Of a stretch of DNA of 64,000 nucleotides, positions 19,284 to 29,299 are shown piece by piece. The notes below the pieces were generated by a model, which saw only the letters and a program-made list of their open reading frames with translations, was not told the DNA's origin and ran no database searches. The translations under genes were made by a program, and so were the position numbers. The first letter of the stretch is position 1, and each line of letters starts with the position of its first letter. Origin of the DNA: an uncultured Ignavibacteria bacterium (GTDB lineage: Bacteria; Zixibacteria; MSB-5A5; CAIYYT01); assembly GCA_964370935.1 (NCBI GenBank), contig CAYJKI010000003.1, forward strand, positions 26,413-90,412, given 5' to 3'.

Positions 19284-21476
19284 TCAAAGACAGGCGGCGC
19301 AAGGCTCCGGTCCGCCGGCGAAAAAGTAATTAACGAGGAAAACGACGTCGGAAATAGTGGGAGTACCATCGCAGTCGGTGTCGGCAATAGAAATGGGACT
19401 GGGTGCCGGTCCGCCGGCAAACATGTAATTGATGAAGAAGACCACGTCAGCGATTGTAATTACACCGCTTCCATCCATGTCGCCGCAAGCAACAGCCGCA
19501 CAAATATTTGCTGTTCCTGCACTGGGGGGCATTGATGCAAAGGCGCCGGTGCCATCAGGACAGCGACCCATGCTGATGTCGGTCGTCTGTGCTCCAAAGG
19601 TAAGAGAGTCAATGATCACCAACTCCGGCGAAGTCAATACTACAGCTTCGCCTCCTGCCGAGAGTTTGAAATTGGCGTGCAGACCCTGCTGGCCGTTGTC
19701 TTCGTCGGCCCAAACGATCAAATGACTTTGAGCGGCAATGAGGGTGTCCGGGAAAGTCCACTTGCCGGGATTAAGAGCGTTATCCGAGAGGTGGTGACCG
19801 GAGAGCGAAATTGGCGCGGTTGTCGGATTGTATAATTCGATCCAGTCTTCATATTCACCTGCCGGATCGGTGTTGGTGGCGGCATTGCTCGCCAGGAATT
19901 CATTGATAACGACTGCAGATGAATTATGCGAAACAACGGTTACCACCGAGTCCTCGTACTCCGCGCGTTGCGGCTCGAACTTGGCAGCGTTAGCATTCTC
20001 GGCGTAGATGTAGTAGTGGATATCCGCAGAACCAGCCTGGATCGATGCTCCGTATACCCCGTCATTTGCCCCGCCGTCGCCATGTGCACCATCGTCGAAC
20101 ATTGCGACCTTGGTAAACGGCTCGATTAAGTTGTCACGAAATGCCAGTTTCACAATCGTGGCGTTAGTCACATTGGTATTAAATGTCAGCGACTGATTGG
20201 CGTCGACAAGCTGGGGGGAATGAGTGACCGCTGTGATGATTGGCGCCGGACTGTCAATTGGTGCAAGGTCGTTCAGATAGGCGGTGCGCACAGACATCAG
20301 TTCTGCGACTCCGGGTATCAAGCCGACCGTGTTGTTGATGTTGGCGAGAAATGCACCATAGCTGGTATACAGGTTGGGGTCGGCCTGTACATGGGCGTCG
20401 ACAATTTCCTGTAATTCCATTGCCCGGTTCAGATACCAGCCGTTCAAGAGATTTTCTTCGAGCATCGTCTTCATGTGGGCGATGTAGATTTTCTTATAAG
20501 TCGGGTTCGTGAGGATTTTGCTGATGATCGGATAATTCGGATTGGTCTCATTCAAGAAAGGTGATAGCTGCTGTAATTGGCTAAGGCTCAAGCCCGCCGT
20601 GCCAAAAACTTTCCGATAACTTCCGAAGCACATGTTCAAGTCCCAAATAATCGGGTTGAACCGGTGCGAGTCGTCCTGATAAAGATAAAAATTGTGTCCA
20701 AAATTAATCGGTGAGTCAAGATTGACCATGAGGTTGTCAAAGGCCAGCATCCACAAGTGGCGGTCGACGTTAAGTACGGTTTCGACATCGGCAGGGAAGT
20801 TGTTCAACGTATCAAGGAAGTCGATCAGGTTCTTCCAACCGGCATCAGAATCCAATTCATATTGGTATTGATAACTTGCCGAATCTTGTCCCAGATATCC
20901 CCAAACCACGTAGACCTGCGCTGGTCCGGTGATTTCACCTTTAAAACGTGCATTGCCGTCGCTGTGAAAATGTGTCCGCATGAACAATTTGTCGACGTCT
21001 TGCACGCTGACGTAAAGCCCCAGCAGGGTGCCGTTGACGTAGACATTGGCGTAATTGGCGAGCGATGCCGGCATATATTTGCGAGCTATTTCATAACCAA
21101 GAACTTCACGCACAAAGCTTGGATCATACCAGGCATTGGCGAGCTTGAGAGTGCCGTAGCCCTCGATCTCCTGATTGTCTCGGATGTAGTCGAGCTTGAT
21201 GTTGAAAGGATTCTTTACCCGGTTGGTGCTATAAGTGCTTTGCCCCTTATATCTCACGCCCACGCTGTCGTAAACTACGCCGTCGATAATTGCCGTGCCC
21301 AACAATCGCTCTTCCTCTCCGGCAGCGTACAGGTCATCGAGAATACGATCCCAATTGCTTTGCGGGAAAATCAGCTCTATTGTCCGGACGCTGTCGATGT
21401 CATAGAAGCCTTGACCGAAGGCCGGAGTGCCCACCAAAAAGCACAAAGTAATTAGGAGTATGCTTCTGAAGCTCAC
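19284..21476 (-). CDS. Secreted CotH-family (atypical kinase fold) protein with lamin-tail domain and C-terminal dockerin-like repeats
   Basis: CotH-like core (KNPFNIKLDY, GTLKLANAWYDPSFVREVLGYEIA, VNGTLLGLYVSVQDVDKLF, HNFYLYQDD..RFNPIIWDLNMCFG). LTD region (VVINEFLASN...YEDWIELYNPT...IVWADED). Two dockerin-type repeats (DMDGSGVITIADVVFFINY and DTDCDGTPTISDVVFLVNY). The ORF track starts at TTG 21524. I prefer GTG 21476, 5 nt after gaggaaa, which gives a classical signal peptide (SFRSILLITLCFLVGTPAFG/QG). Confidence 0.8.
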   Translation of the reverse strand: MSFRSILLITLCFLVGTPAFGQGFYDIDSVRTIELIFPQSNWDRILDDLYAAGEEERLLGTAIIDGVVYDSVGVRYKGQSTYSTNRVKNPFNIKLDYIRDNQEIEGYGTLKLANAWYDPSFVREVLGYEIARKYMPASLANYANVYVNGTLLGLYVSVQDVDKLFMRTHFHSDGNARFKGEITGPAQVYVVWGYLGQDSASYQYQYELDSDAGWKNLIDFLDTLNNFPADVETVLNVDRHLWMLAFDNLMVNLDSPINFGHNFYLYQDDSHRFNPIIWDLNMCFGSYRKVFGTAGLSLSQLQQLSPFLNETNPNYPIISKILTNPTYKKIYIAHMKTMLEENLLNGWYLNRAMELQEIVDAHVQADPNLYTSYGAFLANINNTVGLIPGVAELMSVRTAYLNDLAPIDSPAPIITAVTHSPQLVDANQSLTFNTNVTNATIVKLAFRDNLIEPFTKVAMFDDGAHGDGGANDGVYGASIQAGSADIHYYIYAENANAAKFEPQRAEYEDSVVTVVSHNSSAVVINEFLASNAATNTDPAGEYEDWIELYNPTTAPISLSGHHLSDNALNPGKWTFPDTLIAAQSHLIVWADEDNGQQGLHANFKLSAGGEAVVLTSPELVIIDSLTFGAQTTDISMGRCPDGTGAFASMPPSAGTANICAAVACGDMDGSGVITIADVVFFINYMFAGGPAPSPISIADTDCDGTPTISDVVFLVNYFFAGGPEPCAACL

Positions 21477-21752
21477 AGTTTCCTCGCGAGTTACCGATGG
21501 CTGGCTGAAATGGACGATTGTCAAGCGCCTCTAAGTGAGGCTGACACAAAGATGATAATCCGTTATCGTCATTATCGCAACGAAATTCGTTCTTTGAGGG
21601 CCTGACATTTTAACATTCCCGGGGGCTTGTCAAACCCGAGCCTACCTTCCGGTGACTGGTAATGGTGAGTCGTTGATATGATACCAGCCCTGAATATCTC
21701 CTTGCCAATCATGGCTCTCTGATTATCTTGTTTAAATAACAGGAGTAAATGC

Positions 21753-23417
21753 ATGCAAGTAGTCAATATTCGACAAATCTTTGTTCTCGGGCTCATCCTT
21801 GTGTCCACTTCCGCATACTCGCAAACCTGGAATTGGGCGGAACAAATCGCCACCTTTTCGACGGGGGGATTCGGCACAAATAGGGTGAGCGCCATCTCGG
21901 TCGATGCAAACGAGAACGTCTACATCGTTGGTGATTATGGCGACAGCGCCTTGATTGGCGGCACCAAGGTCAAGGGCTTCGGCAACGGCGCCGAAATGTA
22001 TGTAGCGAAACTCAACAGCGCAGGACCACCAGCTTGGGTGAGAAGTTTTGGCTCGTCGGGATTTCTCGATCAGTCAATTGACATAACGAATGATCCTGAC
22101 GGAAATGCCTATGTCTGCGGGAGTTTCTTTGGCCCCTGGGATTTTGGAACACAGCAGTTTCCGTTCGTATCAGCGACCGTCGGCTTGGCCAAGTACAACA
22201 GCAACGGCGATGTCTTGTGGGCGGAGAAGATTCCAGCAGAGACGGCAGGACCGGGCGGAATCTTTTGCGGATCCAACCACGTCTATGTTGCCATAGGCCG
22301 GACGCTGGCGAAATACACGCTCGATGGCGATACGGTCTGGACGCGAACAGCACCAACTAACCCGGCTTATTATTTACAATATCGTGATGTCAAAGTTGAC
22401 ATCTGGGGCTGTGTGCTCGTGACGGGGCAGTTCAAAGGCTCTATTACTTTTGGCACAACGACGCTTAGCTCGTCAAGCATCAACGATCCGGACATCTTCC
22501 TGGTGATGTATGACGCTGACGGCAACGTCGAGTGGGCCAAACAAGCCGGCGCCGTATCAACTCCGGGGCAGGTAGACATTGGCCTTGGAATAGCGACTAC
22601 GGAGCACGGCGAGGTTTATCTAGTCGGTAAGTACAATGGGAAGGCGGGATTTGAGACCGACTCTGTATCTGCCGGAGCTGCTATTGAAGGTCTGTTTGTT
22701 GCCAAATACACTAATACCGGCGTGTTTCAATGGGTGAAAGGGAGCAGTGGACCACTCGGTGCCACAGCCACAGCTCATTCCATCGCGGTTCTCGCAAATG
22801 GCGACCTCCTAATCGGAGGGAATTACGGAATTGGATTGACCTTCGCTGACACGACTCTCAATACCTTTGGAAGTGATGTCCTGGTAGCGCGATTAACATC
22901 CGATGGTGCTCGACGCTGGATGAAAAGAAGTGATACCTTCGCCACGAGTGCGCTAAGTTATGCTCTGGCGACAAATGCGACCGGAACTGCTGCCTATAGC
23001 GGTGGACAATTCAGCACCGATATCACTTTCGGACCAAACACTCTGACAATCGCCTTTGGAGTCAATGATGGCTTCCTGGCAAAAATGACTCTCAATACCG
23101 TTACCGCCGTCCGCGAAATGACCAATAAGCCGTTGCCGAAGTCATATTCTCTATCGCAAAATTATCCCAACCCCTTCAATCCGACGACAACCATCGAATT
23201 CAAAGTCGCCGCAGCATCAAGAGTCTCGGTTGACATATTTAACATGCTCGGACAACGCGTGCGCAAATTGGTGGATGAACACTTGCCGGCAGGGAACTAC
23301 GCAACCGAGTGGGACGGTGGCGACGAATCGGGCAACAGGGTCGCTTCCGGCGTGTATCTCTACCGTCTCCAAGCTGGTGATTTCACTGATACGCGCAAGA
23401 TGACGTTGTTGAAGTAG
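21753..23417 (+). CDS. Secreted beta-propeller repeat protein with T9SS C-terminal sorting domain
   Basis: Signal peptide present. Repeated SBBP-like units (DANENVYIVGDY, DPDGNAYVCGSF, GDVLWAE, GNVEWAKQ, GVFQWVK). C-terminus NYPNPFNPTTTIEF...GVYLYRLQAGDFTDTRKMTLLK is typical of type A T9SS CTDs. Confidence 0.8.
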   Translation: MQVVNIRQIFVLGLILVSTSAYSQTWNWAEQIATFSTGGFGTNRVSAISVDANENVYIVGDYGDSALIGGTKVKGFGNGAEMYVAKLNSAGPPAWVRSFGSSGFLDQSIDITNDPDGNAYVCGSFFGPWDFGTQQFPFVSATVGLAKYNSNGDVLWAEKIPAETAGPGGIFCGSNHVYVAIGRTLAKYTLDGDTVWTRTAPTNPAYYLQYRDVKVDIWGCVLVTGQFKGSITFGTTTLSSSSINDPDIFLVMYDADGNVEWAKQAGAVSTPGQVDIGLGIATTEHGEVYLVGKYNGKAGFETDSVSAGAAIEGLFVAKYTNTGVFQWVKGSSGPLGATATAHSIAVLANGDLLIGGNYGIGLTFADTTLNTFGSDVLVARLTSDGARRWMKRSDTFATSALSYALATNATGTAAYSGGQFSTDITFGPNTLTIAFGVNDGFLAKMTLNTVTAVREMTNKPLPKSYSLSQNYPNPFNPTTTIEFKVAAASRVSVDIFNMLGQRVRKLVDEHLPAGNYATEWDGGDESGNRVASGVYLYRLQAGDFTDTRKMTLLK

Positions 23418-23581
23418 AGTTTTATTCCAGTTTCCAAATCAGAATTCCTATTGAACTTTGCGCTCCCCCACTGGGGAGAGGGTAGGGTAACGAGCCCCTT
23501 CCCCCCAACATTCCCCTTGAATTTTCACCCATGCTGGGCTATCGTATCCGCCATGAGTAAACTTGACGAAAGGAACCGGCC

Positions 23582-25696
23582 GTGAAAGGAAGTCTCGACT
23601 TCATTTTTCGCCCGAAATCGATAGCCGTCATCGGCGCAACCAACCGCAAAGGATCGATCGGACGCGAACTACTCCATAACATCATCGATTACGAATTTGA
23701 AGGGAAAGTCTTCCCGGTCAACCCTACCAAGTCGGTCATTCACTCGATCAAGTGTTACTCAACCATTCTCGACGTGCCTGATTCGGTCGATTTAGCCGTG
23801 ATTGTGGTCCCGAAAGAACTCGTACTTGGTACCGTCGAGCAGTGCGGTGAAAAGGGTGTCAAGGGTCTCGTTATGATCACCGCCGGATTCAAAGAACAAG
23901 GCAAAGCCGGCGCCGAACTCGAACTTCAGGTCGCGGCGTTGGTGAAGCGTTACGGCATGCGCATGATCGGACCCAACTGCTTCGGTATCATCAACGCCGA
24001 CCCAAAGGTTCATCTCGATGCGACCTTCTCCAAGATTCGCCCGTCGTTCGGCAAGATAGGTTTGATTTCGCAATCCGGCGCGCTCGGCGAAGCAATTCTC
24101 GCGCAGGCGCAGGAAATCAATCTCGGCCTCTCGATGTTTGCTTCCATTGGCAACAAAGCCGACATCGACGGTAATCACATTATCGAATACTGGCGCGACG
24201 ACCCGACGGTGGAGATAATACTACTGTACCTCGAGAACTTCGGTGATCCGCGCACGTTCAGTAAAATCGCTCGCGAGGTCTCCCGCGTCAAACCGATCAT
24301 CGTGGTGAAATCCGGCAAGACCACTCAAGGCGCAGCGGCGGCCTCATCACACACCGGCGCGTTAGCGGGTCTTGATGTATCGGTGGATGCATTGTTTGAG
24401 CAGACTGGTGTGATTCGCGCCAACACGATTGAAGAAATGTTCGACGTCGCCAATGCGCTGGCGAAGATGCCGGTCCCCAAAGGCAACCGCGTCGCCATCG
24501 TCACCAACGCCGGCGGTCCGGGAATTCTTGCGACCGACGCTTTGATTGGTTCGGGAATGTCGTTGCCGCAGTTTGATCAGAAGACTGTCAAGGCGATTCA
24601 ACCGATATTGCCAAAGGGCACACCGGTTCACAATCCACTCGACCTCGTTGCCGGTGCGACCGGTGTTGAGTTCCGCAAATCGCTTTCGCATGTTGTTAAG
24701 GATCCGAACATTGATTCAGTCATTGCCATCTGTGTTCCACCCGTGACAATTGACCTCAATCTGGTGGCTGATGCGATTATTGACACGGCACACGAGTCTA
24801 AGCTGCCGATGTTCGCCTGTTTCATGGGAGTGACGTATGGCTCCGATGCTTTTGACCGTCTGCGTCAGGCTGATATTCCGGCGATGATTTTCCCGGAATC
24901 AATTGCAACGACGCTTGCGCATATCGACAAGTATCGCCGCTGGCTGTCGCGGCCTGAGGGTAAGATCGCCAAAATCAAGGGTGATCGCGACAAGGTCGCC
25001 GAAATCATTGCTCGCAATCGCGCTGCCAAGAATCCGGCCGTTGTCGGAGACGATGCGCTGCAAATCCTTGATGCTTATAAGATCGCGGTGGCCGCATACA
25101 AGTATGCCTTCTCAAAAGAGGAAGCCGCCAAGATTGCGCAGAAGATCGGTTTTCCGGTCGTGATGAAGGTCAACACGCCGCACATCCTGCACAAGACGGA
25201 GTACAAAGCCGTCGCCGTTGATCTGCGCACGCCCCAGGAGGTCATGGAGCAATATGGCGAAATGCAAAAGCGCATCAAAAAGGCGATGCCCAACTCCAAA
25301 GAGAAATTCTCGGTGGTGATTCAAGAGATGATCACCGGCGGAGTCGAGACTGTAATTGGTATGACGACCGACCCGTCGTTTGGACCGCTGATCATGTTTG
25401 GTCTGGGGGGTATCTATGTTGAAATCATGAAGGACGTATCTTTCCGGATTGCACCGCTCACGGATCTCGATGCGCGTGAGATGATTCAGAGTCTCAAGGG
25501 CTACAAATTGCTGACCGGCTTTCGCGGGTCTAAGCCTGTTGACATTGTTTCGATTGAAGATGCCATCACCAAACTCTCGCAACTGGTGCTCGACTTCCCC
25601 GACTTTGCCGAAATCGACATCAACCCCTTCATCGTCACTGCGGACCAAAATAACACTCGCGCCGTTGACGCAAGGTTTGTGTTAACAAAACCCTGA
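23582..25696 (+). CDS. ADP-forming acyl-CoA/acetyl-CoA synthetase (fused alpha-beta, NDP-forming family)
   Basis: GTG start. CoA-binding domain (PKSIAVIGATNRKGSIGRE). Succinyl-CoA-ligase-like domain with phosphohistidine loop (AASSHTGALAG). C-terminal ATP-grasp domain (GFPVVMKV...). 704 aa. Confidence 0.88.
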   Translation: MKGSLDFIFRPKSIAVIGATNRKGSIGRELLHNIIDYEFEGKVFPVNPTKSVIHSIKCYSTILDVPDSVDLAVIVVPKELVLGTVEQCGEKGVKGLVMITAGFKEQGKAGAELELQVAALVKRYGMRMIGPNCFGIINADPKVHLDATFSKIRPSFGKIGLISQSGALGEAILAQAQEINLGLSMFASIGNKADIDGNHIIEYWRDDPTVEIILLYLENFGDPRTFSKIAREVSRVKPIIVVKSGKTTQGAAAASSHTGALAGLDVSVDALFEQTGVIRANTIEEMFDVANALAKMPVPKGNRVAIVTNAGGPGILATDALIGSGMSLPQFDQKTVKAIQPILPKGTPVHNPLDLVAGATGVEFRKSLSHVVKDPNIDSVIAICVPPVTIDLNLVADAIIDTAHESKLPMFACFMGVTYGSDAFDRLRQADIPAMIFPESIATTLAHIDKYRRWLSRPEGKIAKIKGDRDKVAEIIARNRAAKNPAVVGDDALQILDAYKIAVAAYKYAFSKEEAAKIAQKIGFPVVMKVNTPHILHKTEYKAVAVDLRTPQEVMEQYGEMQKRIKKAMPNSKEKFSVVIQEMITGGVETVIGMTTDPSFGPLIMFGLGGIYVEIMKDVSFRIAPLTDLDAREMIQSLKGYKLLTGFRGSKPVDIVSIEDAITKLSQLVLDFPDFAEIDINPFIVTADQNNTRAVDARFVLTKP

Positions 25697-25731
25697 TACT
25701 AAATTCACCCTGGCGAAATAGCAGATTACCC

Positions 25732-25758
25732 GCCTTCCCGTAAAGCCTACGGGAAGGC
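25732..25758 (+). terminator. Strong hairpin after the acyl-CoA synthetase gene (terminator-like, poor T tail)
   Basis: Perfect 11-bp stem gccttcccgta / tacgggaaggc with a 5-nt loop, 36 nt after the stop. It is followed by ttaaacttc, which is not a classical U tract, so it could instead be a 5'-leader structure of the next gene. Confidence 0.4.
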
Positions 25759-25779
25759 TTAAACTTCGGAGGAAGCACT

Positions 25780-26592
25780 ATGTCCACCAATTCACGAAAT
25801 GTCCCGATTCTCAAGATTGCGATCATTCTAATGCTCGCACTTGTCGCTGTCGGCTGTGGTACCCAGATCGAATCCGGCGCCCGCGGCGTCAAGTACTTCA
25901 AGTTTGGCGGCGGTACCGAGATGGGGACTATCTATCCGGAAGGCTTCGCGTGGCACATGCCGTGGAACACGATTTATATCTACAAGGTCCAAACACAGGA
26001 AGCAAAAGAGACTCTCAAACTACTCACTTCCGACGGCGCAACAGTGTCGCTCGAAGTGTCGGTGTGGTATCGCCCAATTGTTGACAAACTTGATAGTTTG
26101 CAGATCACGATTGGACCCAGCTACTTCGATGTCGTAGTCGCGCCTGCTTTGCGTGGCGAGTCACGCTCGATTGCCGGTCGCTATACTCCCGAGGAGCTCT
26201 ATTCGTCCAAGCGTGAAGAAATCGCCGGACTGATGCTTGCCGCGGTTAAGGAGAAGCTCAAAGACAAATTCGTCGAATTCGAAAGCATCTTGATTCGCGA
26301 CGTTACTTTGCCGCAACGAATCTCCGAGGCGATTAATGAAAAGCTCGCCGCACAGCAAGAAGCCCAGCGCATGGAGTTCATTTTGCAGAAAGAACAGCAG
26401 GAAGCCGAACGCAAGCGCATTGAAGCGCAGGGTATCGCTGACTTCCAGAAGATAGTTTCCGCCGGAATCAACGACAAGTTGCTGGAATGGAAGGGAATCG
26501 AGACGACAGAGAAACTGGCGCAGTCGCCGAATGCGAAGATTGTCATCATCGGTAACTCCAGGAACGGACTGCCGCTGATACTGGGACAATAG
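25780..26592 (+). CDS. SPFH/band-7 (prohibitin/HflC-like) lipoprotein
   Basis: Lipobox LVAVGCG. SPFH domain followed by a coiled-coil (EKLAAQQEAQRMEFILQKEQQEAERKRIEAQGIADFQ). Confidence 0.85.
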   Translation: MSTNSRNVPILKIAIILMLALVAVGCGTQIESGARGVKYFKFGGGTEMGTIYPEGFAWHMPWNTIYIYKVQTQEAKETLKLLTSDGATVSLEVSVWYRPIVDKLDSLQITIGPSYFDVVVAPALRGESRSIAGRYTPEELYSSKREEIAGLMLAAVKEKLKDKFVEFESILIRDVTLPQRISEAINEKLAAQQEAQRMEFILQKEQQEAERKRIEAQGIADFQKIVSAGINDKLLEWKGIETTEKLAQSPNAKIVIIGNSRNGLPLILGQ

Positions 26593-26757
26593 AGCAAAAC
26601 AGTTCACTTGGGCTCGGGCGAATCTTCGCATGAAACGACAACGGGTCCAGATTTAGGCAATCTGGATCCGCTTGACGGATCGGCATCACAGATTATCTCG
26701 GCACCGCCGGCTTTCTTGTTGTAAAACGTATATGAGTACCTATATTCACTCGCGCTG

Positions 26758-27567
26758 ATGCATCCAGAGATTTTTCATATCGGTCCATTCGCCCTGCGCA
26801 GCTTCGGGCTTATGCTCGCATTGTCGTTCTTCCTGGGTATTGTTTACATCCGGATGCGCGCCCTGCGGGAGAGCATCGATGTCAACTTTGTACTTAACCT
26901 CGCTTTTGTCGTTATCTTTACCGGTATCATCGGTGCTCGAGTATTCTATGTCATATTCCATTGGTCGGATTTTTCGGATAATCTGTTGTCTTCATTTAAT
27001 CCGTTTGGTGCGAGCGGACAATTTGGGATTGCCGGACTGAATCTTTATGGCGGTGTCGTCTTTGCAATTGCCGCGACCTTAATCTATGTCAGACTGAAGA
27101 AACAACGTCTCTGGCAAGTGATGGATATCTTTGCACCGGCATTGGCCCTGGGGATATTCGTCAGCCGGATTGGCTGTTTTCTCAACGGATGCTGTTTTGG
27201 AATGCCGTGTGACCTGCCGTTCTGTGTATCATTTCCTGAAGGATCGATTCCGTATGCGCAGTTTGGCGACGCGCATCTGCATCCGACACAGATCTACTCT
27301 TCGCTCTACGGACTGGGGTTATTCTTTTTGCTCCATCGTTTTGACAAAGGGAAGAAGTTCTACGGCGCCACCTTTTCGCTGATGCTAATTATCGAGGCCG
27401 TCTTCCGCTTTGCGATCGAATATGTTCGTTATTACGAAGCGGAAATGGAAACGCAGATTGGCGGAGTGACTTTTACCTACAATCACCTGATAGCAGTTGC
27501 TCTCTTTGCCTTTGGTTTGGTGCTGTTCTTGATTCTACGCCGAAATAAATCAATAGCCCGAAATTAG
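26758..27567 (+). CDS. lgt: Prolipoprotein diacylglyceryl transferase
   Basis: N-terminus MHPEIFHIGPFALRSFGLMLALSFFLG. Lgt motifs GARVFYV, RIGCFLNGCCFG and HPTQIYSS are present. Confidence 0.92.
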   Translation: MHPEIFHIGPFALRSFGLMLALSFFLGIVYIRMRALRESIDVNFVLNLAFVVIFTGIIGARVFYVIFHWSDFSDNLLSSFNPFGASGQFGIAGLNLYGGVVFAIAATLIYVRLKKQRLWQVMDIFAPALALGIFVSRIGCFLNGCCFGMPCDLPFCVSFPEGSIPYAQFGDAHLHPTQIYSSLYGLGLFFLLHRFDKGKKFYGATFSLMLIIEAVFRFAIEYVRYYEAEMETQIGGVTFTYNHLIAVALFAFGLVLFLILRRNKSIARN

Positions 27568-27876
27568 TCGCCACTCAATCGTATCGCCGGCCGCCGGCAC
27601 GAAGTCATTCGCTGCCTTTGGTACAGGCTTATTATTAATGAAGTAAAGCCAATAAGCTGTTTTCGTGCTTTGGACCCCATTGACGCTCTTAACAAATACC
27701 CCCATTGATGAACTATCGTACTCCATCGGATATGTCGCCAGAGTCTGTGCAAAGGCCGACCGCTCGCCGTCGGCAATAAGAGAGTACCGCTGCAGAACCT
27801 CGCTTCTGTTTCCGCAGGCCTGAATCAGCACAGCAGTCAGCACTAAGACCAGCGTTTTCAGGAAAAAAACTCTCAC
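27550..27876 (-). CDS. DUF4430 (transcobalamin-like C-terminal fold) exported protein
   Basis: 108 aa with a signal peptide ending in a lipobox-like IQACG. Core GVQSTKTAYWLYFINNKPVPKAANDFVPAAGDTIEWR is typical of DUF4430. The 3' end overlaps the convergent lgt by 18 nt. Confidence 0.6.
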   Translation of the reverse strand: MRVFFLKTLVLVLTAVLIQACGNRSEVLQRYSLIADGERSAFAQTLATYPMEYDSSSMGVFVKSVNGVQSTKTAYWLYFINNKPVPKAANDFVPAAGDTIEWRLISGY

Positions 27877-28313
27877 ACTTCGTCGCTTTCACGTTTTGAG
27901 AAGAACATCAAGCCGTCATGATGGCGGTATCTCATCTTCTTGAAGAGAGTCTGCGACGGAATATTCTCGACTTCGATTAATGCATAAATGACCAATGCTC
28001 CTGATGCCTTCAGTCTCTCCTCGCATACGCGGATCAGCTCTTGCGCAACTCCGTGTTTGCGATAGTCCTTGACTACCGCCAATCGATTAACGCAGCCGCG
28101 GCGGCCATCGTAGGAACCGACAACCACACCAATCAACTTGTCATCGACACACGCTCCGATCAGATAATCAGGATTCTCTTCCATCTCGGCGAGAATGTGT
28201 GCTTTGCTGTCGCGTCCTTTGGGCTTGACATGCAAACCGCATTCGGTCCAGATGCGAATGATGTCCTCGTAATCTTCCGGGCGGAGGTTCCTGATTTGTA
28301 TCTTTACAGCCAT
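27873..28313 (-). CDS. GNAT-family N-acetyltransferase
   Basis: 146 aa with acetyl-CoA-binding motif A region (LAVVKDYRKHGVAQELI). Overlaps both neighbouring genes (4 nt and 10 nt). Confidence 0.85.
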   Translation of the reverse strand: MAVKIQIRNLRPEDYEDIIRIWTECGLHVKPKGRDSKAHILAEMEENPDYLIGACVDDKLIGVVVGSYDGRRGCVNRLAVVKDYRKHGVAQELIRVCEERLKASGALVIYALIEVENIPSQTLFKKMRYRHHDGLMFFSKRESDEV

Positions 28314-29299
28314 GGCTTTTGTTTGTCCTGCTGGAATTGCTCACTTGTCTTTTGCGAAAGACGCTGCTTCACCAGATTCAATAAGCCTTCGTACATTTGA
28401 AAATCGTTCTTGGCCTCCTCGAGAAGAAGTTGATTAAACTGGCCGCCTTCGATGGCGTAGTAAATCGCCTCTAATCGTTGCTGAAAAGTCTGATCAAACA
28501 GAGAAGGCATCGCCAACAAAGAACCGAACGCCGCTGTCTTGGAAACGCGTTCTATCATTCCAGCCGGTCCGTGTTGTTCAATCATCGCCGCCAGAAGCTT
28601 GAGTTGCTTGATCGTTTCCAGATAGGCGTTTGCCGGGGGAATCCCCTTGTCAACCATGGTACGGAAGACGGCATCGGTCAAACCTGCAAGTCCGCCGACC
28701 AGCAAGGTCTGTTCGCCGAACAAGTCTCCGACAGCCTCGTCATGAAAAGTCGTTTCGTAGATTCCGGCTTTTCCAGCGCCAATCGCGTCGGCCAGAGCCA
28801 GTCCGATCGGTTTTGCAGTGTCGGAAACATCTTGTCCGATCGCAAGAAAACAGGAAAGCCCGGTTCCGTTGAGATAGGTCTCACGCAGGTCTCGGCCGGG
28901 ACCATGCGGCGCAACAAGTATCACGCCGTGGTTTTCACAGAAGGCAATATTCTGAAAATGGAAATTCGATCCGTGCAAGAGGACGAATATGCGATGTACC
29001 TCATCGGTGGCAAAGTATTCTTCGTAGATTGCAGGTTGTTCGTGGTCAGGAATGGCGAAAATGATTACGTTGAATTCGGATAGATCGGAAAGCTCACCGG
29101 TCTTCACACTCTCTTTGACAGCGACATTACGAGATGTGCTCTGCTGACGGAGAAGCACCGTCACATCACAGCCGGAATCGCGCAAATTGAGAGCAAATGC
29201 GCGACCTTGCGAGCCATAGCCCACGACCGCAATGCGCTGATCTTTCAACACACTGCGGTCGCAGTCTTGGGAATGATATACCTTCAGTTCAGACATCAA
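28304..29299 (-). CDS. Ketol-acid reductoisomerase-like protein (class I KARI family, divergent)
   Basis: Rossmann motif IAVVGYGSQGRAFALNLRDSG, APHGPG and DLFGEQ are conserved. Other signature positions differ from my recollection of canonical IlvC (LHGSNFHF versus AHGFNIHF; YLETIKQLKLL versus YFE.LHE.KLI). No other ilv genes are nearby. Confidence 0.7.
   Translation of the reverse strand: MMSELKVYHSQDCDRSVLKDQRIAVVGYGSQGRAFALNLRDSGCDVTVLLRQQSTSRNVAVKESVKTGELSDLSEFNVIIFAIPDHEQPAIYEEYFATDEVHRIFVLLHGSNFHFQNIAFCENHGVILVAPHGPGRDLRETYLNGTGLSCFLAIGQDVSDTAKPIGLALADAIGAGKAGIYETTFHDEAVGDLFGEQTLLVGGLAGLTDAVFRTMVDKGIPPANAYLETIKQLKLLAAMIEQHGPAGMIERVSKTAAFGSLLAMPSLFDQTFQQRLEAIYYAIEGGQFNQLLLEEAKNDFQMYEGLLNLVKQRLSQKTSEQFQQDKQKPWL

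Noticed and set aside
27550-27567. 18-nt overlap of the convergent genes lgt (+) and DUF4430 (-)
   Set aside because: It is probably just compact 3'-end packing. I see no structural or regulatory motif in it, and the stop positions are unambiguous.
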